Part shown: positions 45,624-56,105 of the stretch, piece by piece
Layout: the number at the start of each line of letters is the position of its first letter
Numbering within the stretch: the first letter of the stretch is position 1
Assembly: GCA_963707635.1 (NCBI GenBank)
Contig: OY970173.1
Location: 1,664,001-1,728,000 of the forward strand
DNA from: Candidatus Latescibacterota bacterium
GTDB taxonomy: Bacteria > Krumholzibacteriota > Krumholzibacteriia > WVZY01 > JAKEHA01
Direction of reading: 5' to 3'
DNA: 64,000 nt
The notes under the pieces: model-generated
Database searches by the model: none
What the model saw: only the letters and a program-made list of their open reading frames with translations
Told to the model about the DNA's origin: nothing
Position numbers and translations under genes: made by a program

Positions 45624-46487
45624 ATGACGGCACGGCATGGCATGAGGCACTGGGCGGGCATCGTGCTCGAGCTGGCGAAGGTCCGCATCGCGATCCTTGC
45701 CACGGCGTCCGCCGCCACCGGCTACCTGCTGGCCGCGCGCGAGTTTTCGCCGGCCATGCTGCCCGCGGTGGCGGGCGTGTTTCTGCTCGCGGCCGGCGCC
45801 GGCGCGCTCAATCAGGTGCAGGAACGCGACATCGATGCGCGGATGCACCGAACCATGCGGCGTCCGATTCCGTCCGGGCGGATCGGCGCGGGCGCCGCGC
45901 TCGCGGTGGCCGTGGCACTCCTGGTCGCGGGCTCGGCCGCGCTGGCGGGGAATTGGGTGGCGGTCGCGCTCGGCGCCGTCACCGTCATCTGGTACAACGG
46001 CGTGTACACGCCGCTGAAGCGCGTGAGCGCGTTCGCGGCGATTCCGGGCGGTGTGGTCGGGGCGATTCCACCGGTCATCGGCTGGGTGGCCGGCGGCGGC
46101 GCACCCGCCGACCCGCGCATCCTCGCGGTGGCATTCTTCTTCTTCGTGTGGCAGGTGCCGCACTTCTGGTTGCTGCTCATGCGCATCGGCGACGACTATG
46201 TGCGCGCCGGGCTGCCGACGCTGACGCGGGTGTTCACCCGGCCCCAGTTCGCGCGCATCATCTACGTGTGGATGATCGCCACCGCGGTGGCGTGCGTGTC
46301 GATGCCGCTTTTCGGCGTGTCGGTCGAAACCTGGGCGTACGCGGGTCTGGCGCTGGCGTCGCTGTGGCTGGGGTGGCACGCGACCGCCATGGTGAGGACC
46401 GACGGACGGGTGCTGGCGTTCCACCACATCAATCTCTATGCGCTGTTCGTGATCTCGCTGCTCTCGTTGAGCGGCCTTGTCGGCTAA
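45624..46487 (+). CDS. ctaB: Protoheme IX farnesyltransferase
   Basis: ERDIDARMHRT..RPIPSG, YTPLKR, WQVPHF. Confidence 0.93.
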   Translation: MTARHGMRHWAGIVLELAKVRIAILATASAATGYLLAAREFSPAMLPAVAGVFLLAAGAGALNQVQERDIDARMHRTMRRPIPSGRIGAGAALAVAVALLVAGSAALAGNWVAVALGAVTVIWYNGVYTPLKRVSAFAAIPGGVVGAIPPVIGWVAGGGAPADPRILAVAFFFFVWQVPHFWLLLMRIGDDYVRAGLPTLTRVFTRPQFARIIYVWMIATAVACVSMPLFGVSVETWAYAGLALASLWLGWHATAMVRTDGRVLAFHHINLYALFVISLLSLSGLVG

Positions 46488-46506
46488 CGCAAGGACCGGA
46501 AGGCAC

Positions 46507-47868
46507 ATGGATTTCTTCAGTCAGCACATCATCCCGTCGTCCGCGGAGCACCTGAAGCTCCTCGAGTTCCTGGCGGTGGTGACGTACGCGATCCATCTGC
46601 CATACATGGCGCTGGTGATCGGCTCCACGGCGGTGGCGATGTGGCTCACGTTTTCGGACCACGAGATACCGAACCCGCGTTTCGCGCGGCTCGCCGAAGA
46701 CCTGATCCAGACCTTCCTCGGCAGCCGGATTCCGATGCTGGTGCTCGGCGTCCTCCCGATGCTGGTGCTCCCGTTCATCTACGCGCAGTGGTTCGTCGGT
46801 TCCGCGCTGGTTCCGCTCAAGTACCTGTTCATTCCGATTCCGGGCGTGATCGTCGGGCTGGTGCTCCTGAACCTCTATCGCGGTTCGTTCACGGAGCGCG
46901 CAACCAACTTCCGGTTGCACATGGGGCTGGGGACGCTGGGGCTGGGGCTGCTCAAGGTGTCGTACCTGATCCTGCTGGCGACGGTGGCGCGTTTCCACGA
47001 CCCGGAGAAATGGTTCCGCATCAAGGACCTTGCCATCCTGCTCTTGAACTGGAATGTCATCTATAAGTTCCTGTTCTTCATCCACCTGGCCTTCGCGGCC
47101 ACGGGGGCGGCGATCCTGTTCTTCCTGTTCCGCTGGTCCAGCCGCGGGCTCTCAGGGGACCCGGACTACGCCGTTTTCGCGCGCCGCTTCGGCGCGGGGC
47201 TGGGGCTGGCGTTCTGCTTCGCGCTGCCGGTGTTCAACCTGCTCTACGTGTTCACCTCGCCCGACGTGGTGTTCGACAATACGGTCTACCTGCTGGCCAC
47301 GGCGCTGACGCTGGTGTGCATGGTCATCGCCTACGCGTTCGTGGCCGCGCTGCGCTCATCGCGGCCTCGATTCGGGGCGACCACGTTCACGCTCTTCATC
47401 GTGGTGTTCGTGCTCTCCAGTACCTTCGACCTGCGCGCGATGGCGAACGCGAATCGCGAACACGCCCGCCTGCTGGGGCAGGCCGCCGAGAAGAAGAAGC
47501 TCGAGCGCGAGGCGCAGATCGAGCAGGCCATCGCGGCCGCGTCGGGCAAGAACCTGGGCGAGGAAACCTTCAACACGGTGTGCATGCAGTGCCACCGCAT
47601 GAACGAGAAACTGGTGGGACCGCCGCTGGCGAGTGTGCTGCCCAAGTACAACCTCGAATCGCTCAAGGCGTTCATCGCGAATCCAACCAAGAAGGATCCG
47701 GCCTACCCGCCGATGCCGAATCCGGGGCTCACGCCCGCCCAGATCGAAGCCGTCGCTGCCTACGAGCTGCAGCACCTGGCCGAGCAGACGGGCGGGCAGC
47801 CGCCGTCCGAACCCGGCGCGCAAACGCCGACCCAGACCGAGGTGCCAAGTGGCCAAACGAGTCATTAA
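46507..47868 (+). CDS. Polytopic membrane protein with C-terminal monoheme cytochrome c
   Basis: Many hydrophobic helices, then CMQCH...VGPPL...PMP. Confidence 0.8.
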   Translation: MDFFSQHIIPSSAEHLKLLEFLAVVTYAIHLPYMALVIGSTAVAMWLTFSDHEIPNPRFARLAEDLIQTFLGSRIPMLVLGVLPMLVLPFIYAQWFVGSALVPLKYLFIPIPGVIVGLVLLNLYRGSFTERATNFRLHMGLGTLGLGLLKVSYLILLATVARFHDPEKWFRIKDLAILLLNWNVIYKFLFFIHLAFAATGAAILFFLFRWSSRGLSGDPDYAVFARRFGAGLGLAFCFALPVFNLLYVFTSPDVVFDNTVYLLATALTLVCMVIAYAFVAALRSSRPRFGATTFTLFIVVFVLSSTFDLRAMANANREHARLLGQAAEKKKLEREAQIEQAIAAASGKNLGEETFNTVCMQCHRMNEKLVGPPLASVLPKYNLESLKAFIANPTKKDPAYPPMPNPGLTPAQIEAVAAYELQHLAEQTGGQPPSEPGAQTPTQTEVPSGQTSH

Positions 47869-48367
47869 CGCCGCGATCTTCGGTTACTTCGCGCTGTTCA
47901 TGGCGTTGACCCTGCTGCTGGGGTTCCGGTGGAATGTCCAGCGCAAGGCGCCCGACCAGCCCATCGCGTTCAGCCACGAGATCCACGTCGGCAAGCTGAA
48001 CCTGCAATGCCTGTTCTGCCACGACATGGCGGACAAGTCGACCTTCGCGGGCATCCCCAGCGTGCAGAAGTGCATGGACTGCCACGTGGCCGTGCGTACC
48101 GATCGTCCGGAGATCCAGAAACTCACCAAGTACTGGAACGACAAGGAGCCGGTGCCCTGGAACCGCGTGCACCGGATCCGGATTCGCAACCACGTTTATT
48201 TTTCGCACAAGCGCCACGTGAAGGCGGGCGTGCAGTGTGAGCAGTGCCACGGCCAGCTGGCGGCCATGGCGAAGGTGCGCGCGGTCAGCTCGCTCAAGAT
48301 GGGCTGGTGCGCCTCGTGCCACGAAGCCAACCACGCGCCGACCGACTGCACGATCTGCCACCGCTAG
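47849..48367 (+). CDS. actA: Alternative complex III pentaheme cytochrome c
   Basis: QPIAFSH, FSHKRH and five CxxCH motifs. Confidence 0.9.
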   Translation: MAKRVINAAIFGYFALFMALTLLLGFRWNVQRKAPDQPIAFSHEIHVGKLNLQCLFCHDMADKSTFAGIPSVQKCMDCHVAVRTDRPEIQKLTKYWNDKEPVPWNRVHRIRIRNHVYFSHKRHVKAGVQCEQCHGQLAAMAKVRAVSSLKMGWCASCHEANHAPTDCTICHR

Positions 48368-48384
48368 CGGAGAACGGAGAGACG

Positions 48385-51222
48385 ATGGACAGGCGAGAAT
48401 TTCTGGGTTGGCTGGGGGTCGCGTCGGGCGCCTCGCTGCTCGCCAGTTGCGATCTTACCCGCAAGTCGGAAAAGATCATTCCGTATCTCGTTCCCCCCGA
48501 GGACGGCGTCATTCCCGGCGAGGCGACCTTCGTCGCGACCTCGTGCAACGAGTGCCCGGCCAGCTGCGGCGTCAGCGCGCGCATCCGCGACGCCCGCCCC
48601 GTCAAGGTCGACGGTCTGGCGGGCCACCCGGTGAACGACGGCGCGCTGTGCATCCGCGGGCAGGCGGCGCTCAACCGCATGTATCACACCGGCCGCATCC
48701 GCCAGCCGCTCATGCAGGACGGCGCCGGCAACCTGGTCCCCGCGACCTGGAACCAGGTGCTGGCGAAGACGGCGCAGGCCTTGAAGCAAACCGGGAAGGA
48801 ACACGTCGTTCTCTCCGGCCGCACGTCGGGCTCGCTGAGCGCGCTCATGGATGAGTTCGCGCTTCGCACCGGAGTCCGGAGGCTGCCCGAGTTCGAGCTG
48901 TTCTCCTACGCGGCGATTCGCGAGGCCAACCGCTCGCTGTTCGACCGCGCCGTGGTTCCCGCCACGCACCCCGACCGCGCGGACCTCATGATCACCGTGG
49001 GCGCCGACGTGATCGAGACCCACGGCAACCCGGTGGCGTTCTCGACCGCGCTTTCGAAGCGCCACGACGCGCCGGGTGAGTTCGTGTGGTACCACCTGGA
49101 GCCGCACGCGTCGATGAGCGGCTTCAAGGCGACGCATCGTCTGGCGCTGAAGCCCGGCACCGAGGCCCACGTGCTGGCGTTCCTGCTGCACGCGCTCTCG
49201 GAGAAGCGCTCGTTCTCCGGCCGCATCGCGGCGCACGTGCAGGCGGTGCCCGTGGTCACGGCCGAGCGCGCGTCGGAGGTCTCCGGAATCCCGCGCGAGA
49301 CCCTGGACGAACTCGCCGCCGCGCTGGTGTCGGCGCGTTCGCCGCTGTTGATCGCCGGCGGCGTGTCGACCGCGCAGGAGAGCGGGCTCGACGTGGCGCG
49401 CCTGGCGGCGCTCGTGCAGGCGGCGTGCGGCATGCACGGCAGCACCATCGACCTGGCCGCCGCCACCGACTATTCGCGCGTGGGTTCGATGGCCGACGTC
49501 GACCGGTTCGCGAGCCGTCTGGACGCGGAACAGGTCGGCACGGTGATTCTCTTCGGCGTGGACCCGGTGTCGCAGCTCCCCGACGGCGAGAAGTTTGCCT
49601 CCTCTCTCGACCGCGCCGCCTTCCTGGTCGGCGTCGGCACCATGCTCACACCGACGCTCGAACGCTGCGACGTCGTGCTGCCGCTGTCGCACTCGCTGGA
49701 GTCGTGGGGCGACGCCGAGCCGGCGGCCGGCGTCGTGAACGCGATCCAGCCCGCGATCGCCCCGCTGTTCGACACGCTCTCCGAGGGCGACATCCTGCTG
49801 CGCATCCTGGCCGAGTGGGCGGGGACGCCGCCCGCGGCCTACCAGCAGTACGTGCTCGACCGCTGGACGCGCGACTACGGCGCGGGCGTGGCGCAGGCGC
49901 TGGTGACGAACGGGTTCGCGGCGGTGCCGGTGAAGACGGCGGCCGGAGCCACGCTCCGCGACCCCGACCACCGCTACACGTTCGACGCCGCGGGCGCAAT
50001 CGCCGGCCCCGTGCTGGTGGTGGCGCCGTCGGTGCGCTGGTACGACGGACGCAGCCGCGTGCTCGACCTGCTCAATGAGATCCCGGACCCACTCTCCGCG
50101 GTGTCGTGGGGCGACTGGGTCTCGGTCGGCCTCGAGACCGCGTCGGCGCTGGGGGTCGGGGACCAGGATGAGCTCGACTTCCGGGTCGGGACGTGGTCGG
50201 GGCGGTTGACCGTGCGCCGGCAGCCGGGCCTGGCGCGCGACGTGTTCGTGGTGCAGCGCGGAGTGGCGACGCCGGCGGCGGGCTGGTCGCGCACCGGCGG
50301 CGAAGCGAACGCGGTGATCGGCGACGTGTCGGTGTCGCGCGCGGGGACGCGCAAGCCGGTCGCCATCCTCTCGGGGTCGCTCACCGACCAGGGGCGCGGC
50401 ATGGTGCCCGGCAGCCACCCCAAACACTTCGGCGCGCACCCGCGCCGGATGGAAGAACTGGAAGCGCATCCGCCCGCACGCGAAGACATCACCTTCTACC
50501 CGGTGCCGAAGTACCCGAACTACCGCTGGGCGATGGCCATCGACATGGAGAAGTGCGTCGGGTGTTCCGCGTGCGTGGCCGCGTGCTACATCGAGAACAA
50601 CGTGCCCATGACCGGGCAGCAGCAGCACATTCGCGGGCGCGAGATGTCGTGGATCCGCCTGGAGCAGTACTACGCGGAAGACGGGTCGAGCGGCGACTTC
50701 GTGCCCACGATGTGCCAGCACTGCGACTTCGCGCCGTGCGAGCCGGTCTGCCCGGTGTACGCCACCTACCACAACGACGAGGGCCTGAACGTGCAGGTCT
50801 ACAACCGCTGCGTGGGAACGCGCTACTGCATGAACAACTGTTCGTACAAGCAGCGGCGCTTCAACTTCTTCTCTTACGAGCACCGGCCGCACCCGCTCAA
50901 CCTGATGACCAACCCCGACGTGTCCATGCGCGGCAAGGGCATGATGGAGAAGTGCACGTTCTGCGTGCAGCGCATCCGCAAGGCGCGCGACGTGGCGAAG
51001 GACGAGCAGCGCGGGATCCAGGAGGGCGACGTGGTGCCGGCGTGCGCGCAGGCGTGCCCGGGCAAGGCGATCGTGTTCGGCAACCTGCTCGACTCGAACT
51101 CCGAAGTCCATCGGTGGGCGCACGACGCGCGCTCCACGCGCTTGCTCGAAGAGCTCGGCACCAGCCCGGGCGTCTTCTACCTCAAAAATGGAAATCCTAA
51201 GGGGAATCGCCATGGCGCATAG
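48385..51222 (+). CDS. actB: ACIII subunit B (molybdopterin-oxidoreductase-like domain fused to Fe-S domain)
   Basis: Tat/lipoprotein signal DRREFL...LASC; CNECPASC; CVGCSACVAAC; CQHC..APCEPVCP; RCVGTRYC; EKCTFC. Confidence 0.92.
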   Translation: MDRREFLGWLGVASGASLLASCDLTRKSEKIIPYLVPPEDGVIPGEATFVATSCNECPASCGVSARIRDARPVKVDGLAGHPVNDGALCIRGQAALNRMYHTGRIRQPLMQDGAGNLVPATWNQVLAKTAQALKQTGKEHVVLSGRTSGSLSALMDEFALRTGVRRLPEFELFSYAAIREANRSLFDRAVVPATHPDRADLMITVGADVIETHGNPVAFSTALSKRHDAPGEFVWYHLEPHASMSGFKATHRLALKPGTEAHVLAFLLHALSEKRSFSGRIAAHVQAVPVVTAERASEVSGIPRETLDELAAALVSARSPLLIAGGVSTAQESGLDVARLAALVQAACGMHGSTIDLAAATDYSRVGSMADVDRFASRLDAEQVGTVILFGVDPVSQLPDGEKFASSLDRAAFLVGVGTMLTPTLERCDVVLPLSHSLESWGDAEPAAGVVNAIQPAIAPLFDTLSEGDILLRILAEWAGTPPAAYQQYVLDRWTRDYGAGVAQALVTNGFAAVPVKTAAGATLRDPDHRYTFDAAGAIAGPVLVVAPSVRWYDGRSRVLDLLNEIPDPLSAVSWGDWVSVGLETASALGVGDQDELDFRVGTWSGRLTVRRQPGLARDVFVVQRGVATPAAGWSRTGGEANAVIGDVSVSRAGTRKPVAILSGSLTDQGRGMVPGSHPKHFGAHPRRMEELEAHPPAREDITFYPVPKYPNYRWAMAIDMEKCVGCSACVAACYIENNVPMTGQQQHIRGREMSWIRLEQYYAEDGSSGDFVPTMCQHCDFAPCEPVCPVYATYHNDEGLNVQVYNRCVGTRYCMNNCSYKQRRFNFFSYEHRPHPLNLMTNPDVSMRGKGMMEKCTFCVQRIRKARDVAKDEQRGIQEGDVVPACAQACPGKAIVFGNLLDSNSEVHRWAHDARSTRLLEELGTSPGVFYLKNGNPKGNRHGA

Positions 51223-52552
51223 CGGTGAGGTGGCGATGGGCGGGACCAGGCACCCCGCGTCCGAGGCGCGCCTGCAGATCGAGCGCGACATCATCCAGGC
51301 CATGCAGAAGCCCGGGCTCGTGTACTGGGGGCTGGTCGGGCTGTTCGCGACCGGTTTCGGCGTCTTCCTGCTGGGCGCCTGGGCGATGCAGATCTACAAG
51401 GGAATCGGCCTCGGCGGACAGCTGAACCCGGTCGGGTGGGGCATCTACATCGTCAACTTCGTGTTCTGGGTCGGGATCGCGCACTCGGGGACGCTGATCT
51501 CGGCGGTGCTGTTCCTGTTCCGCTCCAAGTTCCGCGCGAGCTTCAACCGCGCCGCCGAGGCGATGACGGTGATCGCCGTGATGTGCGCGGGGATGTACCC
51601 GCTGATCCACCTGGGGCGCGTCTGGTACTTCTTCTGGCTGCTGCCGTACCCGAACCAGCGCATGCTGTGGACGAATTTCAAGTCCCCGCTGGAGTGGGAC
51701 GTCTTCGCGATCAGCACCTACCTGACGATCAGCGTCGTCTTCTTCTACGTGGGGCTGATCCCGGACTTCGCCATCGTCAAGCGCTACACGCGCGGGGTGA
51801 GCCGCCACGTGTACAGCGCGCTCTCGCTCGGCTGGCTCGGGACCAAGGAGCAGTGGCGCAACTACAACATGCTCTACGCCCTGCTGGCCGGGTTCGCGAC
51901 CCCGCTGGTGCTCTCCGTGCACTCGGTCGTGTCCTGGGATTTCGCCATGGGGCTGGTGCCGGGGTGGCACACCACCATCTTCGCGCCCTACTTCGTGGCC
52001 GGCGCCATCTTCTCGGGCTGCGCCATGGTGTTGACGCTGTGCATCCCGATGCGCAAGATCCAGAAGCTCGAACGCGTCATGCCCATCGAACACTTCGAGA
52101 AACTCGCGAAGACGATGCTGTTCACGTCGATGATCGTCGGCTACGCGTACATCGTCGAATTCATCCTGGCCTACTACAGCGGCAACGTCTACGAGTTCGG
52201 CATCTTCCGGGACCGCGCGCTGGGGCACTACAAGTGGCAGTACTGGGGCATGGTGTTCTGCAACGTGATCGTCCCGCTGCCGCTGTTCATCAAGAAGCTG
52301 CGGCGCAGCCTCGCGTACCTGTTCGTCACGTCGATCTTCGTCAATATCGGCATGTGGCTCGAGCGCTTCGTGATCATCATCGGGTCGCTGGCTCATGAGT
52401 ACACTCCCTACGCGTGGGGCAACTACAAGCCGCGGCCGGTGGAGATCAGCATCACCATCGGGACCTTCTGTTTCTTCTTCATGATGTTTCTCCTGTTCGC
52501 GAAGTTCATGCCGGTGGTGGCGATTACGGAGAAGAAGGAGGAAGTGCATTGA
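51212..52552 (+). CDS. actC: ACIII NrfD-like subunit C
   Basis: NFVFWVGIAHSGTLISA, HLGR, SPLEWD, SVHSVVSWDF. Confidence 0.93.
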   Translation: MAHSGEVAMGGTRHPASEARLQIERDIIQAMQKPGLVYWGLVGLFATGFGVFLLGAWAMQIYKGIGLGGQLNPVGWGIYIVNFVFWVGIAHSGTLISAVLFLFRSKFRASFNRAAEAMTVIAVMCAGMYPLIHLGRVWYFFWLLPYPNQRMLWTNFKSPLEWDVFAISTYLTISVVFFYVGLIPDFAIVKRYTRGVSRHVYSALSLGWLGTKEQWRNYNMLYALLAGFATPLVLSVHSVVSWDFAMGLVPGWHTTIFAPYFVAGAIFSGCAMVLTLCIPMRKIQKLERVMPIEHFEKLAKTMLFTSMIVGYAYIVEFILAYYSGNVYEFGIFRDRALGHYKWQYWGMVFCNVIVPLPLFIKKLRRSLAYLFVTSIFVNIGMWLERFVIIIGSLAHEYTPYAWGNYKPRPVEISITIGTFCFFFMMFLLFAKFMPVVAITEKKEEVH

Positions 52553-52977
52553 GCGAGCGAATGGTGTTCGAGAGCGAGCACGACTTCCTGCACAAGCTCG
52601 AGGAGCTGGTGAAGAACGGCGTCAAGCCGCGCGACATCGAGACGCGGGCGCCCCACCCGGTGCACCGGGCCGAGGAAATCCTCGGCGTCCGTCCCAGCCA
52701 CGTCCGCCTGTTCGTGCTGATCGGCGGGCTGACCGGGGCGACGACCGGGTACCTGTTCACCTCGCTGACCGCGCTGTCGTGGGTGCTGCCGGTGGGCAAC
52801 AAGCCCATCGTGGGCATCCCGCCGTTCACCGTGATTGCGTTCGAGTTGACCGTGCTCTTCGGGGGGCTGTCGGCGTTTCTGGGCTTCCTGGTCACCTCGC
52901 GCATGCCGGCCGTGCGCACCATCATTTCGAACGACGAGTTCAAGGATAGTTTCGAGATCCGCGTGAAGAAAGGCTGA
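52549..52977 (+). CDS. actD: ACIII subunit D (DUF3341)
   Basis: PHPVH, GNKP, FELTVLF. Confidence 0.88.
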   Translation: MSERMVFESEHDFLHKLEELVKNGVKPRDIETRAPHPVHRAEEILGVRPSHVRLFVLIGGLTGATTGYLFTSLTALSWVLPVGNKPIVGIPPFTVIAFELTVLFGGLSAFLGFLVTSRMPAVRTIISNDEFKDSFEIRVKKG

Positions 52978-52979
52978 CC

Positions 52980-54059
52980 ATGGGGATCCGGTTGAAGGGC
53001 ACGAGCTGGTTGATCGCGTGCGTGGCGGTGGCGGGTATCGCCTTCGTGGCCGAGCGGCTGCTCGAGCCGGGCGCGGGGGGATCGCTGCTCATTACCATGG
53101 CGCTGTTCCTCGGGCTGGCGGAGGGCGCGACCGTGCTGATGGCGGGCGCGGAGATTTCCGACGGCCACTGGCACCGTCCGCTCCTGCCGCGGGTGGCGGC
53201 GCTGCACACGATCATCCCGGCGGTGGCGCTGCTCTTCGTGGTGAACATCCCGCAGACGACCATGTACCCGTGGGCCGCGCACGAGGGCGCGTGGCTCAAC
53301 CGCAATTTCTTCGTCGCCCGCCACCTGGTGCTCATGCTGCTCGCCTTTGCGATCGCCCGCAAGTTCGTCACCGAGGCGCTGCGCGGCTCGCGCACGTCGC
53401 GCTTCTGGGGCGTGATTCTCGTCATCGTGTTCATGGCGCAGCTCTCCATGGTCGGCATCGAGTGGTTCATGTCGATCGAGCAGCCCTGGTTCAGCACCCT
53501 CTTCGGGGCGTTCGTCGCGGTGAGCGCGTTCCTGGCCGGGATCTGCACCTGCGCGCTGATCGTGCTGGGGTGGCGCAAGCGAACCGACGCCCCGGCGAAG
53601 CTGGTGCAGAAGTCGCTCGGCGGGCTCATGTTCGGGTTCGCGACCTTCTGGGCGTATTTCTACTTCTCGCAACTGATCGTGATCTGGTACGGGAACATCC
53701 CCGAGGAGACGATGTACCTGGCGAAGCGCATCGGCTACCACACGCCCTACTGGCTGGCCGCGCGGCTCATTTTCGCCATGGTGTGGGGGATCCCGTTTGC
53801 GGTGCTGCTGAGCCGGAAGAACAAGACCCGGCCCTTCGTCACCTCCGCGCTCGCCCTGTGCGTCTTGAGCGGCATCACGCTCCAGTTCTGGCTGATGCTG
53901 GTGCCGGTGGTTCCGGTCAGCATCCCGCTGCTCCTGATCGAGATGGGGCTGATGGCGCTGCTGACGGCGAGCGTGGTGCGGTCCTACGACACGCTGCTGC
54001 GGGTGCCGGCCGAGGCGGCCGAGGGGCGTCTGGCCATGGAGTCGCACGGCAGCGCCTGA
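52980..54059 (+). CDS. actF: ACIII subunit F
   Basis: WFMSIEQPWFSTLFG and FWAYFYFSQLIVIWYGNIPEE. Confidence 0.88.
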   Translation: MGIRLKGTSWLIACVAVAGIAFVAERLLEPGAGGSLLITMALFLGLAEGATVLMAGAEISDGHWHRPLLPRVAALHTIIPAVALLFVVNIPQTTMYPWAAHEGAWLNRNFFVARHLVLMLLAFAIARKFVTEALRGSRTSRFWGVILVIVFMAQLSMVGIEWFMSIEQPWFSTLFGAFVAVSAFLAGICTCALIVLGWRKRTDAPAKLVQKSLGGLMFGFATFWAYFYFSQLIVIWYGNIPEETMYLAKRIGYHTPYWLAARLIFAMVWGIPFAVLLSRKNKTRPFVTSALALCVLSGITLQFWLMLVPVVPVSIPLLLIEMGLMALLTASVVRSYDTLLRVPAEAAEGRLAMESHGSA

Positions 54060-54217
54060 CCCGGGCGAGGGCGCGGGGCGGGTCCGGGGCCTCCGGATTG
54101 GGCCTTGACGCACCCCGGGGTGCTTGGTATACGTTAACGGCTTTCCCTTTTCTCCCCCGCCGGAGAATTGACGGGTGTACGCGGCGCGCCGGGCGCGCAG
54201 GTGGTTTTGGCATGTTC

Positions 54218-54655
54218 ATGAAGACACATACGGTCAAGGCAAAGGATATCAAGGAGCACTGGTACGTGATCGACGCCGCGAACCGGCCGCTGGGCCGTGT
54301 CGCCAGCGAGGTCGCGAACGTGCTGCGTGGCAAGCATCACCCGGAGTACTCCCCGCATCTGTCGCTCGGCGACCACGTCGTGATCGTCAACGTGGACAAG
54401 GTCTCCATCAGCGGCGACAAGGTGGAGCAGAAGCTCTACTACCGGTTTTCGGGCTACCCCGGGGGGCTCAAGATCCACTCGATGCGCGAGGTCATGGCCA
54501 AGGACCCGACCCTGGTGATGCGGCACGCGGTCCGGCGCATGCTGCCGAAGACGCGCCTCGGGCGGGATCTGCTGGGCAACTTGAGAATCTACGTCGGTCA
54601 GGAGCACCCGCACTCGGCGCAACGGCCGGGACCCATGCCGCCGACCGGATACTGA
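54218..54655 (+). CDS. rplM: 50S ribosomal protein L13
   Basis: WYVIDA..LGR, LRGKH, GYPGGLK, MLPK. Confidence 0.96.
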   Translation: MKTHTVKAKDIKEHWYVIDAANRPLGRVASEVANVLRGKHHPEYSPHLSLGDHVVIVNVDKVSISGDKVEQKLYYRFSGYPGGLKIHSMREVMAKDPTLVMRHAVRRMLPKTRLGRDLLGNLRIYVGQEHPHSAQRPGPMPPTGY

Positions 54656-54680
54656 TCGGCACAAACGAAGGAAACCCACA

Positions 54681-55091
54681 GTGGCAAAGAAACAGGATGT
54701 GAAAGCGGCGCTCACGGGCGCGACGGGACGGCGCAAGGAAGCCGTGGCTCGCGTGTTCATCCGCCCGGGCAGCGGCAAGGTTACCGTCAACGGTCGTGAT
54801 GTGGCCGACTACCTCGGCCGCGAGACGCTCGTGCTGCTGGTGCGCGAGCCGCTCGAGGCCACCGATTCGAACGACAAGTTCGATATCCATGCCACGCTGG
54901 ATGGGGGCGGCATCACGGGCCAGGCCGGCGCGCTGCGCCTTGGCATCGCACGCGCCCTGGTGCGCACCGATGAACGCTTTCACCCGATGTTGAAGTCTCG
55001 TGGACTCCTCACGCGCGACCCGCGCATGAAGGAGCGCAAGAAGTACGGCCTCGCAGGCCGTCGTAAGCGGTTCCAGTTCTCGAAGCGATAG
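54681..55091 (+). CDS. rpsI: 30S ribosomal protein S9
   Basis: [26 protein letters not shown]. Confidence 0.97.
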   Translation: MAKKQDVKAALTGATGRRKEAVARVFIRPGSGKVTVNGRDVADYLGRETLVLLVREPLEATDSNDKFDIHATLDGGGITGQAGALRLGIARALVRTDERFHPMLKSRGLLTRDPRMKERKKYGLAGRRKRFQFSKR

Positions 55092-55210
55092 GACCTGGAA
55101 GAGTGGACGCTCCGGGGCCGCCCGGAGTGCCTCGCATTCCTCGAATCCATCCCACGATTGTTGGAACGCGATCGCCGGGCAGGAAGACCGCTCGGAGCGA
55201 TCGCATAACG

Positions 55211-55293
55211 TCACACACCGCGCCCCGGTGGGGTCGTCCCGGTGCCCCGGCTTCGGCTGGGGTGGACGATTCCCGCGCGGTGGAGGCATAACC
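55211..55293 (+). promoter_or_regulatory. rpsB (S2) autoregulatory leader
   Basis: CACACC...GGTGC...GTGGAGGCATAACC, as in known rpsB 5' UTR structures. Confidence 0.6.
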
Positions 55294-55307
55294 GAAGGGG
55301 GTAACCC

Positions 55308-56063
55308 ATGGGTGAGCTCACCCTCAAAGACCTGCTCGAAGCGGGCGTTCATTTCGGCCACCAGACCAAACGGTGGAACCCCAAGATGAAGCCCTATCTT
55401 TTTGCCGAGAAAAACGGCATCCACATCATCGACCTCGAGAAGTCGCTGCAGTGCATTCTGGCCGCGCGCGACGCCATCATCGAGGTCGTCACCGGCGGCA
55501 AGCCCGTCCTGTTCGTCGGGACCAAGCCGCAGGCCAAGCACGCCATCAAGGAAGAGGCGGAGCGCTCCGGCATGCCGTACGTCACCGAGCGCTGGCTCGG
55601 CGGCACGCTGACCAACTTCAACACCGTGCGCCGAAGCTTGAACCGCCTGCAGTACCTCGAGAAGATGGAGGTCGATGGGTCCATCGCCCAGTTCTCGAAG
55701 AAAGAGGTGTCGCGTTTCGCGAAGGAGAGAGGCCGCATCCTCAAGACGCTCGGCGGCATCCGTACCATGGCCGATCTGCCGGGGATGGTGTTCGTCGTCG
55801 ACACCAAGAAGGAAATCAACGCCGTCAACGAGGCGCGGAAACTCAAGATACCGATCGTCGGGGTCGTGGACAGCAACGCGGACCCGGAAGAGGTAACCTA
55901 CCCGGTGCCGGGCAACGACGACGCCATGCGCGCCATCAGCCTGATCGCGCGGGTCGTTGCGGACGCGTGCATCGATGGCCGCTCCCGCTACACCGAGGGC
56001 CGCGACGTGTCCAGCGGTGACGAGGCGGTTGCAGCGGTGGCCAGCAAGGAGAACGTCGCCTAG
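55308..56063 (+). CDS. rpsB: 30S ribosomal protein S2
   Basis: [33 protein letters not shown]. Confidence 0.98.
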   Translation: MGELTLKDLLEAGVHFGHQTKRWNPKMKPYLFAEKNGIHIIDLEKSLQCILAARDAIIEVVTGGKPVLFVGTKPQAKHAIKEEAERSGMPYVTERWLGGTLTNFNTVRRSLNRLQYLEKMEVDGSIAQFSKKEVSRFAKERGRILKTLGGIRTMADLPGMVFVVDTKKEINAVNEARKLKIPIVGVVDSNADPEEVTYPVPGNDDAMRAISLIARVVADACIDGRSRYTEGRDVSSGDEAVAAVASKENVA

Positions 56064-56105
56064 CGCGACGCCCCCTGCCTCGGCCGGGGATCTACGGGAG
56101 GAACG

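Noticed and set aside
54105..54135. Promoter upstream of rplM (TTGACG...TATACG/TACGTT)
   Set aside because: Plausible, but the -10 box and spacing are ambiguous; ordinary and not listed as a feature.
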